Source of the DNA: Armatimonadota bacterium | GTDB taxonomy: Bacteria; Sysuimicrobiota; Sysuimicrobiia; Sysuimicrobiales; Humicultoraceae | Assembly (NCBI GenBank): GCA_037443365.1 | Contig: JBBIOM010000033.1 | Location: forward strand, 1 to 21,040 | Reading direction: 5' to 3' | Length of the DNA: 21,040 bases | Shown here: one piece after another, positions 1 through 7,409 of the stretch | How the letters are laid out: every line of letters begins with the position of its first letter | Numbering within the stretch: the stretch's first letter is position 1 | Notes under the pieces: generated by a model | What the model was told of the DNA's origin: nothing | Seen by the model: only the letters and a program-made list of their open reading frames with translations | Database searches by the model: none | Translations under genes and position numbers: made by a program

Positions 1-1113
1 AGCGCGGGAGGCACGCCTGTCCGCCGCGCGCCTGATGGAGGCGATCTCCCCGGGCGAGATCGCCTTCTCGAAGCGCCTGAACCCCGCTATTCCGAATCCG
101 TGCCGTTCCGCCATGGCCGCGATCTCGTCCACCTGCTCGCACGAGAGATCGCGTCCCAGCGTGTAGTCCTCGAACCGGCCGTCCAGGGCCAGCAACATCG
201 TCTCGGCCATGCACGCTTCGCCCAGCCGCGGGGGGAACCCGAAGTCCAGTCCGAAATCGGGCTCGCCTGGGATCTCTATCACGCCGCCATCGAAGACCAG
301 CACGTCGTCCCGACGCTCGTAGACCATGCGCGAGACGTTCCTTGGACGGGCCACGTCGCACACGACCGCCCCGGACCTGAGGTCCTCGGGCTCGATCATC
401 ACCTCGGGTGAGCCGGAGACCGCCACGAGCAGGTCGGCCTGTCGCACCGCGGCGTGAACGTCCGTTGTGACGCCGACCTGCGCGCCACTCTCGGCGCGGA
501 TGCGATCGGCTAACCCGTTTAGCATGTCGTGATTGCGCGCGACCAGCAGGATGGAGCCCACGTGCCGGGCCAGTATCCGGCTGCACACACCGCCGATGGA
601 GCCGGTGGCGCCCACCACCACGGTGTGCAGGTCGCGCGGTTCCTTTCCCATCTCCTTCGCGGCCAGCAGCGAGCTCTCCACGGCGGACGCGGCCGTGTAG
701 CTGTTGCCCGTCGTGATCGGCATCTCCAGGCGCTCGGCCACGGTCACCCCGCGGTCGCCGATGACCTTCGTGAATGCCCCCAGGCCCATGATGCGTGCGC
801 CCAGGGACTCGGCCAGGCGGCCGCACGCCACCAGCTTGCGGTAGACGACCTCGGGATCGGTGCGCAGCAAGAGCGCCGACGTCATCGGCAGACCGATGAA
901 CCACCCTTCTGCCTCTACACCCGTGATGGACCGCACGCCGCTGATGCGCGACGCGACGAGCGGCCTCATCCAGCCGCCGATCCGCTCCAGCATCGGGTCT
1001 GGCAGCGGGCTGGCAAACCGATACTTGCGCACGATGTCGCGCGCCACCAGGGGATGGATCACGAAGGCGAAGCGCCGAACCTCGCCGGCCACACCGGTTG
1101 CCCGATCGGTCAC
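1..1113 (-). CDS. Acyl-ACP reductase-like NAD(P)-binding oxidoreductase (family often auto-annotated 'shikimate/quinate 5-dehydrogenase'); 3' end runs off the window
   Basis: Not in the ORF track because it has no stop inside the window; translated by hand. GTG at 1113 overlaps the upstream TGA (GTGA). Reads RFAFVIHPL...EGWFIGLPMT...IMGLGAFTKVIGDRGVTVAERLEMPITTGNSYT...VVVGATGSIG (Rossmann)...VCDVARPRNV...FDGG...ACMAETMLLALDG...ERHGFG. These motifs match cyanobacterial acyl-ACP reductase-like proteins, including the Cys of the ACxAE motif. Confidence 0.85.
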   Translation of the reverse strand, partial: MTDRATGVAGEVRRFAFVIHPLVARDIVRKYRFASPLPDPMLERIGGWMRPLVASRISGVRSITGVEAEGWFIGLPMTSALLLRTDPEVVYRKLVACGRLAESLGARIMGLGAFTKVIGDRGVTVAERLEMPITTGNSYTAASAVESSLLAAKEMGKEPRDLHTVVVGATGSIGGVCSRILARHVGSILLVARNHDMLNGLADRIRAESGAQVGVTTDVHAAVRQADLLVAVSGSPEVMIEPEDLRSGAVVCDVARPRNVSRMVYERRDDVLVFDGGVIEIPGEPDFGLDFGFPPRLGEACMAETMLLALDGRFEDYTLGRDLSCEQVDEIAAMAERHGFGIAGFRRFEKAISPGEIASIRRAADRRASRA

Positions 1114-2021
1114 GCCAGCCTCTCCACGCGCGGCTTGAGCCCTGCTCGCCGGATCCACTCCAGGTAGTCGGCCGGGCCCAGGTGTTGGGGAGGCAGGCCC
1201 GACAGCGCGACCACGATCGCTTCGAGGACGTTGGTCGCGAAGGAGCGCCCATCCATCTCAGGCGTCGTGGTCACCAGCAGCGCGGCATGCCTCTTGCGCA
1301 GTGCTTCCACGCCTGCCCGGGTTATGGTGTTCGTAATGATCGTCTTGCCGCTCAGGTCCTCGGGCATGAATCGCTGGATGAGGTGGGAGTCGCCAGCCAG
1401 GACCTCGGCCCACTGATAGGCCGAAGAGAACTTCGGCGTCACCTGGTCCTGCTTCTTGCCCGTCGGGTAGAGCCACGTGAACGGCCCGCGGGTGAGCACG
1501 GGCAGCAGGATCGCGGCCAGCACCCTGATTGTGCCGAGCCCACGCAGGCCGATCGGGATGCCCAATCCGAACATCAAGTCGCCGAACACGAGATCCGCGC
1601 CCACCTCGGCGAGCGCCTCGGCCATGCCGTACCTGTCCACCGAGGCCACCAGGAGCACGCGCCGTCCCCGCAGCGTGATCCCGTACTCCTCGGGCAGGAG
1701 CTGCCGGATCAGGTAGCGTTCCCAGCTATCCTTGATGCCTCCCCCATCCACCACGGGCGTGTGCATCCCCGCGACGGCGCGCACCGCGTCGCGTATGTAG
1801 TACCTGCGCCGACCCGCCACCAGGGCCAGGTTGATCCCTCCGATGCCGATGGCGTCCGCCTTGCCATCGAGCTCGCGGATCTTCCTGCAGAAGAGCGGGT
1901 AGTCGCCGTTCGTGCCGATCCGCTCGATTACGAACGGATGGCCCAGCAGCACGGTCTCCACGCGGTGATCCCCGCTGCTGGAGCCCAGGCTGACGCTTAC
2001 GACGTGGCGCTCGGGCTTCAT
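1110..2021 (-). CDS. Conserved uncharacterised protein, partner of the AAR-like gene (often auto-annotated 'quinate 5-dehydrogenase')
   Basis: 303-aa ORF with VVSVSLGSS, RIGTNGD, DAIGIGG, PVVDGGGIK, SVDRYGMA, VFGDLMFGLGIP, LYPTG and TTTPEMDGRSFATNVLEA. Overlaps both neighbours by 4 bp (ATGA, GTGA). Confidence 0.75.
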   Translation of the reverse strand: MKPERHVVSVSLGSSSGDHRVETVLLGHPFVIERIGTNGDYPLFCRKIRELDGKADAIGIGGINLALVAGRRRYYIRDAVRAVAGMHTPVVDGGGIKDSWERYLIRQLLPEEYGITLRGRRVLLVASVDRYGMAEALAEVGADLVFGDLMFGLGIPIGLRGLGTIRVLAAILLPVLTRGPFTWLYPTGKKQDQVTPKFSSAYQWAEVLAGDSHLIQRFMPEDLSGKTIITNTITRAGVEALRKRHAALLVTTTPEMDGRSFATNVLEAIVVALSGLPPQHLGPADYLEWIRRAGLKPRVERLA

Positions 2022-2833
2022 GAGAGATGAAGGTTAGACGCCGGGCCGGTGGTTCCTTCGTCGGCTGCCAGGTCGCCCGGCCCTGACAGCAGGATCACGT
2101 CGCCGGATGTGACCCGTATCACGTCGCCTGGGGCCGTGCGGATCCGCAACGCGCCTTCGCCGTCTATGCCTTCGGCGATACCCTCGATCGCCGGCCCCTG
2201 GCGCACCACCGCGACCGGCTTCCCGCGCAACAGATCGCGGCAGCCCCAGGCCTCGAGGATGTCGCTCCCACCGGCTGCCCACGTGGAGTGCCTGTCCGCC
2301 AGGCGGGAGAGCAGCACCCGCAGCACGGCGCGACGATCCACGGGGCGACCCGCGATCAAGTGCAGCGACCCCGCACGGGCGGCGACCTCGCGGGGCAGCG
2401 CCTGCAACTCGACGCTCACGTTGATCCCGATTCCGGCCACCACGCGCGCGGCCGCGGTCTCGAGCAGGATCCCGGCCACCTTGCGACCCGCTACCTCGAC
2501 ATCGTTGGGCCAACGGATTCCGGCCGGGGGCGGGGCGAACTGCTCGACCGTCTCGGCGACCGCCACGGCCACTGCCAGGCTGAGCAGGCCCTGCGGCACG
2601 CCCGCGCGCGAAGGCAGCAGCACGGAGCACCAGAGCCCGCCCTCGGGGGACGCCCAGGCCCGCCCTGCTCGCCCGCGCCCGTGTGTCTGGCGCCCGGCCA
2701 CCACCACACCGCCCTCCGGGCACCCTGCGTGGGCCATCATCCGCGCCAGGTCATTGGTGGAACCCAGTTCGCCCACCCAAACGGTGGGCCTGCCCAACCG
2801 GACGGCCCCATCCGGGGCAGCCCCGGCGTTCAC
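2018..2833 (-). CDS. birA: Biotin-[acetyl-CoA-carboxylase] ligase, monofunctional (no N-terminal HTH)
   Basis: Motifs STND, QTHGRGRAGRAWASP, IRWPND, KVAGILLE, GIGINV and C-terminal GIDGEGAL. Start reassigned to GTG 2833, which overlaps the stop of the upstream kinase. Confidence 0.92.
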   Translation of the reverse strand: MNAGAAPDGAVRLGRPTVWVGELGSTNDLARMMAHAGCPEGGVVVAGRQTHGRGRAGRAWASPEGGLWCSVLLPSRAGVPQGLLSLAVAVAVAETVEQFAPPPAGIRWPNDVEVAGRKVAGILLETAAARVVAGIGINVSVELQALPREVAARAGSLHLIAGRPVDRRAVLRVLLSRLADRHSTWAAGGSDILEAWGCRDLLRGKPVAVVRQGPAIEGIAEGIDGEGALRIRTAPGDVIRVTSGDVILLSGPGDLAADEGTTGPASNLHLS

Positions 2834-3459
2834 GACCGCACGTCGCGCAGGGGAAAGAGCGACGACAGCCGCTCCTGCATCTGGATGATTAGCCCGTCGA
2901 TGTCGTCCAGGGCTATCGAGTCGGCGTCCACCACCAGCATCGGGCACAGATTGAAGCGCGCTACCCACTCCTCGTACCGCTCGTTGAGCTGGGCCAGGTA
3001 ATCCGCGGGGATCTGCCGCTCGAAGTCGCGCGAGCGGGCCCTGATGCGCTCCAGCAGCACCTCCACCGGCGCGCGCAGATAGATGACCAGGTCCGGAGGC
3101 CGCAGGAACCCCACCATGGTCTGAAACAGGTCGTGATAGGCGCGGAAGTCGCGCTCGTCCATCAGGCCCTGCAGGTAGAGGTTGCGGGCGAATATCTCCA
3201 CGTCCTCGTATATCGTGCGGTCCTGGATGACCGCTCTACCGGACCGCAGGATCTCCTGGTGGTGCTGAAACCGGCGCGCCAGGAAGAAAACTTGCAGATG
3301 GAAGCTCCAGCGGGACATGTCCGCGTAGAAGTCTGGGAGGTACGGGTTCTCGTCCACCACCTCGTAGTAGGGCTGCCACCCCAGCCGCTGGCAGAGCAGG
3401 GTTGTCAAGGTGGACTTGCCCGAGCCTATGTTGCCGCTCATGGCCACGAACCACTTCAT
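2830..3459 (-). CDS. dck: Deoxynucleoside kinase (dAK/dCK-like)
   Basis: P-loop GNIGSGKST, ENPYLPDFY, SFHLQVFFL, QDRTIYED, PDLVIYL and lid RIRARSRDFE. Subfamily inferred from the DRxIYED motif. Confidence 0.85.
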   Translation of the reverse strand: MKWFVAMSGNIGSGKSTLTTLLCQRLGWQPYYEVVDENPYLPDFYADMSRWSFHLQVFFLARRFQHHQEILRSGRAVIQDRTIYEDVEIFARNLYLQGLMDERDFRAYHDLFQTMVGFLRPPDLVIYLRAPVEVLLERIRARSRDFERQIPADYLAQLNERYEEWVARFNLCPMLVVDADSIALDDIDGLIIQMQERLSSLFPLRDVRS

Positions 3460-4115
3460 GCCAGCACCTCGGCAAGCGCACCGACGACCTTCTTCAGACC
3501 GGCCTCCGCCAGCAGATCCAGGGCATCGGTGTCCACCGTTATCACCGCACCGCCGTCGAACCGCTCGAAATACGCGTCGTACGCCTCGGCCAGGCGCGCC
3601 AGGTATGCGGAGCCCAGGGCGCGCTCGAACGGCCGGCCCCGCGCGGCGATTCGCCGCAGCAGGGTGTCCTGCTCGGCCCTCAGGAAGACGACCGCGTCGG
3701 GCGAAGGCACCTGAGGGGCTATGAGCTCGTACACGGTCTCGTACAGCGCAAGCTCGTTGGCGTCCAGCGTCAGCGACGCGAACAGCCGGTCCTTGGCAAA
3801 CATGTAGTCACAGACCACGGTCCCGCCGTCGGACAGTCGGTTCGCGACCGACCGCTGCTGTCGGTGGCGGCTGAGGAGAAAGAACAGCTGCGTGGGAAAC
3901 GCCCTGCCGCGGATGTCCTGGTAGAAGCCGTGCAGGAAGGGGTTCTCCTCCACAACCTCCAGGAGCAAATCGGCGCCCATCTGTTCTGCCAGGCGCCGCG
4001 CGAGCGTGGTCTTCCCAACGCCTATGGGGCCTTCCACCGCGACCAGGTATCCGCGCGGGTCCCTGGGAAGCAGGGCGTGCTGGCTCGCCCTGGGGAGACT
4101 AATGCGCATGCTCAT
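3456..4115 (-). CDS. dgk: Deoxynucleoside kinase (dGK-like)
   Basis: P-loop VEGPIGVGKTT, ENPFL, TQLFFLLSR, CDYMFAKDRLFA and RIAARGRPFE. The DY motif resembles the dGK subfamily; in tandem with the dck-like gene. Confidence 0.8.
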   Translation of the reverse strand: MSMRISLPRASQHALLPRDPRGYLVAVEGPIGVGKTTLARRLAEQMGADLLLEVVEENPFLHGFYQDIRGRAFPTQLFFLLSRHRQQRSVANRLSDGGTVVCDYMFAKDRLFASLTLDANELALYETVYELIAPQVPSPDAVVFLRAEQDTLLRRIAARGRPFERALGSAYLARLAEAYDAYFERFDGGAVITVDTDALDLLAEAGLKKVVGALAEVLA

Positions 4116-5371
4116 GGAACCACAACCCGGCCGCGCTTGATCACCGTGCGCACGAGCGGCGCGCCGAGCTGCATGGCCAGCGCCCGGTGGTCGGGAACGT
4201 CGAGAACGAGCAGGTCGGCCAGTTTCCCTTCCTCGAGGCTCCCCACGTTGCCTGCCCTACCGATCGCCCAGGCCGCGTTGATCGTGGCCGCGGCAATGGC
4301 CTCGCAGGGAAGCATCTTCATGCCGACGCAGGCCAGCGCGATCACCGCGGGCATCGCCCAGGCAGGCGACGATCCCGGATTGAAGTCGCTTGCCAGGGCC
4401 ACGGGAACGCCCAGCTCGATCATGTGGCGGGCGCGGGCATAGGGCAACCCCAGGAAGAACGCGGTGGTCGGCAGCAGAACGGCAACCGTGCCCTGCCGCG
4501 CCATCGCGGCGAGGCCCTCGTCCGAGGCGCACAGCAGGTGGTCCGCGGAGGCGGCGCCGACCTCCGCCGCCAGGGCAGCGCCGCCCTGGTCGGAGAATTC
4601 ATCCGCGTGGAGCTTGGGAGCGAGTCCTAGGGCGGCGCCCGCACGCAGCACGGTGCGCGCCTGGCCGGGCGTGAACGCGCCCTCCTCGCAGAACGCGTCG
4701 CAGAACTCCGCCAGGCCGTCCTGCGCGACCGCAGGCAGGATCTGCTCGACGATCGCCGCCACATACGCGTCAGGGGCGCCGCCAAACTCCGGCGGCACAA
4801 CGTGGGCCGCCAGCACCGTCGCGACAAGATCCACGGCGTGCATCTGGGAAAGCCGCCGCACCGCCCGCAGTTGCCGCACCTCATCGGCAAGGGAAAGCCC
4901 GTACCCGCTCTTGACCTCGGCCGTGGTCGTGCCACTTGCCAGAAGCCGGTCCAGACGCGCCAGGCCGTCCTGCACCAGCGTGTCCAGGTCGGCGTGACGC
5001 GTGGCCGCCACGGTGCGCAGGATGCCCCCGCCGGCCGCGGCGATCTGCTGATACGTGGCGCCTCCCAGGCGCATCTCGAACTCGTCGGCGCGGTCTCCGG
5101 CGAAGACCAGGTGCGTGTGCGCATCCACGAACCCGGGAAGCACGACGCACCCCGACGCGTCCACGACGACGGCCGGGGTCTCGAGCCGGACGAGGTCGCG
5201 CACCTGCGCGGTGGAGCCCACCGCCACGATCCGGCCCTCCATGGCGGCCACGGCCCCGTCCGCGATCAGACCCAGGTCCCGCAGGGCACGGCCGGTGCGC
5301 GGCACGCCGCTGCCGCCGGCAACCGTCAGCAGTTGCGCGGCATGCTCGACCAGGAGATCGGCTCGGCGCAT
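4112..5371 (-). CDS. hutI: Imidazolonepropionase
   Basis: PGFVDAHTHLVFAGDRADEF, GGGI, EVKSGYGL, FCEEGAF, LHADE, SADHL and ASDFNPGSS, in a hut gene context. Confidence 0.96.
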   Translation of the reverse strand: MRRADLLVEHAAQLLTVAGGSGVPRTGRALRDLGLIADGAVAAMEGRIVAVGSTAQVRDLVRLETPAVVVDASGCVVLPGFVDAHTHLVFAGDRADEFEMRLGGATYQQIAAAGGGILRTVAATRHADLDTLVQDGLARLDRLLASGTTTAEVKSGYGLSLADEVRQLRAVRRLSQMHAVDLVATVLAAHVVPPEFGGAPDAYVAAIVEQILPAVAQDGLAEFCDAFCEEGAFTPGQARTVLRAGAALGLAPKLHADEFSDQGGAALAAEVGAASADHLLCASDEGLAAMARQGTVAVLLPTTAFFLGLPYARARHMIELGVPVALASDFNPGSSPAWAMPAVIALACVGMKMLPCEAIAAATINAAWAIGRAGNVGSLEEGKLADLLVLDVPDHRALAMQLGAPLVRTVIKRGRVVVP

Positions 5372-5379
5372 CGGGCCGC

Positions 5380-6276
5380 CTACTCCAGCAGGCGCACCTC
5401 AAGGATCTGGTCGCGCCTGAAGGCGTGCATGCGGAGGTGGGCTCGGGCCACGTCCACAACGGCGTCCAGGGGAACGAGGCCCACGACCTCGCTCTCGGCG
5501 ATGTCCACTCCGTACCTGCCGGCCTCCTGACGGACGAGGTCGAAGATCTTCGCCATGGACGTCCTCGAGGCATCTAGGACGTTGATCGTGACCTGCGCCT
5601 GGCCGGAGGCTGCCACAACCCCCAGTGCCTGCACATTGACCAGCCCGCCGCTGGACTCGCGCACCGCGCGCGCCACGGCGCGCGCGATCGTCACGTCGGG
5701 CGTGGTGAGGTTGATGTTGTACGCGATGAGAGGGCGTCGCGCGCCCACCACTACGGCGCCCGCGCTCGGGTGAGGCCGGGGATCGCCCACATCCGGCGCC
5801 CAGTCGTCCGCAAGCATCTTGGCGGCCAGCCCCTCGAACTCCCCCTTGCGGATGTCGGGCAGACGGACCCTGTGGGGTGCGGCGGCTGCCGCGGCGTAGA
5901 AGTAGACCGGAACCCGCAGCCGGGCCCAGATGCTCTCGCCGAGCCGGCGCGCGAGGCCGACACACTCCTCTAGCGTGCTCTCGCCGAGCGGCACGAACGG
6001 GATCACGTCAACGGCGCCCAGGCGCGGGTGCTCCCCGCGGTGCTCGCGCAGGTCGATCAGTTCCACGGCGCGGGCGGCCAGCGCAAGGGCCGCCTGCGCC
6101 ACTGCCCCGCCCTCACCCGCGAAGGTGATCACGCTCCGGTTGTGGCTCGGGTCCGACTGGACGTCCAGAACCTTCACCCCGGGGGTGCAACGCGCAGCAT
6201 CCGCAACCGCGTCAACGACCTCGGGCCGCCTTCCCTCGCTGATGTTGGGCACGCACTCGACCAACCGCCCGATCAC
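5380..6276 (-). CDS. ftcD: Glutamate formiminotransferase (stand-alone FT domain of FTCD)
   Basis: LVECVPNISEGR, DPSHNRSVIT, HRGEHPRLGAVDVIPFVP, DIRKGEFEG, GARRPLIAYNINL and SEVVGLVP. GGAGG RBS lies 7 nt before GTG 6276. About 298 aa with no cyclodeaminase domain. Confidence 0.93.
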   Translation of the reverse strand: MIGRLVECVPNISEGRRPEVVDAVADAARCTPGVKVLDVQSDPSHNRSVITFAGEGGAVAQAALALAARAVELIDLREHRGEHPRLGAVDVIPFVPLGESTLEECVGLARRLGESIWARLRVPVYFYAAAAAAPHRVRLPDIRKGEFEGLAAKMLADDWAPDVGDPRPHPSAGAVVVGARRPLIAYNINLTTPDVTIARAVARAVRESSGGLVNVQALGVVAASGQAQVTINVLDASRTSMAKIFDLVRQEAGRYGVDIAESEVVGLVPLDAVVDVARAHLRMHAFRRDQILEVRLLE

Positions 6277-6308
6277 GGGGGCACCTCCTGGCATCGTCTC
6301 ACGGAATG

Positions 6309-6333
6309 CTTCGTCGCCCCGGCAGGTTCTCCT
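6309..6333 (-). promoter_or_regulatory. Putative SigH-like promoter for ftcD-hutI-... (AGGA-N17-GAAG)
   Basis: Minus strand reads AGGA gaacctgccggggcgac GAAG, one mismatch from AGGA-N17-GAAT, just upstream of the ftcD RBS. Confidence 0.35.
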
Positions 6334-6366
6334 AGACCCGACGGCCAATAGATCGGGTGATAGCCG

Positions 6367-6939
6367 ATGGCTGCCCCTGGCCCCAACCGACAGCACCGCC
6401 GTTCCGAGAAGTTGGTCCGGCTCAGCCGGCTGGCGGCTCTGGTCCTGCGCCACCGCCCCGAAGAGGTCGGTCTCACGCTGGATGCCGCGGGCTTTGTGCC
6501 CGTTGAGGCGCTCGCCGCGGCGCTGCGCGCGCAGCGGGGATGGGAATCGCTCTGCGCGGAAGACCTGGGCGAGCTGGCCAAGGCCGATCCCAGGCGGTAC
6601 GAGATCTGCGACGGCCGCATCCGCGCGCGATACGGGCACACCGTCACGGTGGAGCAGCCGGGCGAGGCGGTGCTGCCTCCGGAATGGCTGTACGTGGGCG
6701 CATCGGCGGCCGAGGCGGAGCACCTGCGCGAGACAGGTCTGCGCCCGGGAGGCCGCAGGTTCGTGCACCTCTCCACAACACCCCAGGCGGCCGCCGAGGT
6801 GGCGCGCCGGCACAGTAGCGACCCGGTCGTGGTGGTGGTGCAGAGCCGACGGGCCCACGCCGCCGGGGTGGGGTTCTGGCGGGCCGGGCCCGCCCTGTTT
6901 CTCACCAAGGGCGTGGAGCCCCGCTATCTCCTGGGCTAG
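6367..6939 (+). CDS. kptA: RNA 2'-phosphotransferase (Tpt1/KptA family)
   Basis: LVLRHRP, GLTLDAAGFV, RYE, RIRARYGHT, GLRPGGRRFVHLS and AGVGFW. The R-H-R-R catalytic tetrad is present. The usual LYHGT motif reads LYVGA. Confidence 0.9.
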   Translation: MAAPGPNRQHRRSEKLVRLSRLAALVLRHRPEEVGLTLDAAGFVPVEALAAALRAQRGWESLCAEDLGELAKADPRRYEICDGRIRARYGHTVTVEQPGEAVLPPEWLYVGASAAEAEHLRETGLRPGGRRFVHLSTTPQAAAEVARRHSSDPVVVVVQSRRAHAAGVGFWRAGPALFLTKGVEPRYLLG

Positions 6940-7310
6940 ATCTCCGTGGGGGCCGGCCCCTCGCCCTCTTCCACGCGCGAGAAGTGGATCACCGTGACCT
7001 CGTCTTCGAGACCCACCGGACGGCCGTAGATCTTGGAGAGGAACTCCATAAGCTCCTCGTGCCGCCGCAACTGCGGGTTGTCCCGCTCTATTTCGCGCGG
7101 CGTCACCTCGGCCAGCCGCTTCTTCTCGACACGATCCACCACGGCAGCGAAGACCTTCCGACGCACCCCGAACCTGCGCCCAACCGTGATCCAGACCACC
7201 TGGCCCTCGCGGTACTTGTCGCGCTTGTCGCCCAGCCGTATCGTAGCCGTCTTGACGCCGTGACGGAGGGCATCGACGAACACGGTCGAGTAGAAGTTGA
7301 GGGCAAGCAT
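6936..7310 (-). CDS. ASCH domain (PUA-like) protein
   Basis: 124 aa, LNF...GVKTATIRLG (GxKxxTxR ASCH signature), C-terminal VTVIHF. GGAGG RBS upstream. Its stop overlaps the kptA stop (CTAG 6936-6939). Confidence 0.85.
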   Translation of the reverse strand: MLALNFYSTVFVDALRHGVKTATIRLGDKRDKYREGQVVWITVGRRFGVRRKVFAAVVDRVEKKRLAEVTPREIERDNPQLRRHEELMEFLSKIYGRPVGLEDEVTVIHFSRVEEGEGPAPTEI

Positions 7311-7346
7311 CGGGACCTCCGCTCTGTAGGGATTGCTCCTCCGCAG

Positions 7347-7373
7347 ATTCCCCGGTCGCGGGAGGACTCCTGC
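7347..7373 (-). promoter_or_regulatory. Putative SigH-like promoter for the ASCH gene (GCAGGA-N17-GAAT)
   Basis: Minus strand reads GCAGGA gtcctcccgcgaccggg GAAT, matching the Bacillus sigma-H consensus and spacing, in the hutU-ASCH intergenic gap. Confidence 0.55.
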
Positions 7374-7389
7374 CTTCGTGAAATCCCGG

Positions 7390-7408
7390 GCGTCGAGCGT
7401 CTCGACGC
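7390..7408. other. Short perfect inverted repeat directly after the hutU stop
   Basis: GCGTCGAG-cgt-CTCGACGC, 8-bp stem. No clear U-tract, so terminator function is uncertain. Confidence 0.35.
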
Positions 7409-7409
7409 G

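Noticed and set aside
2834..2968. Longer birA start that might add a DNA-binding domain
   Set aside because: It overlaps dck out of frame and shows no HTH pattern.
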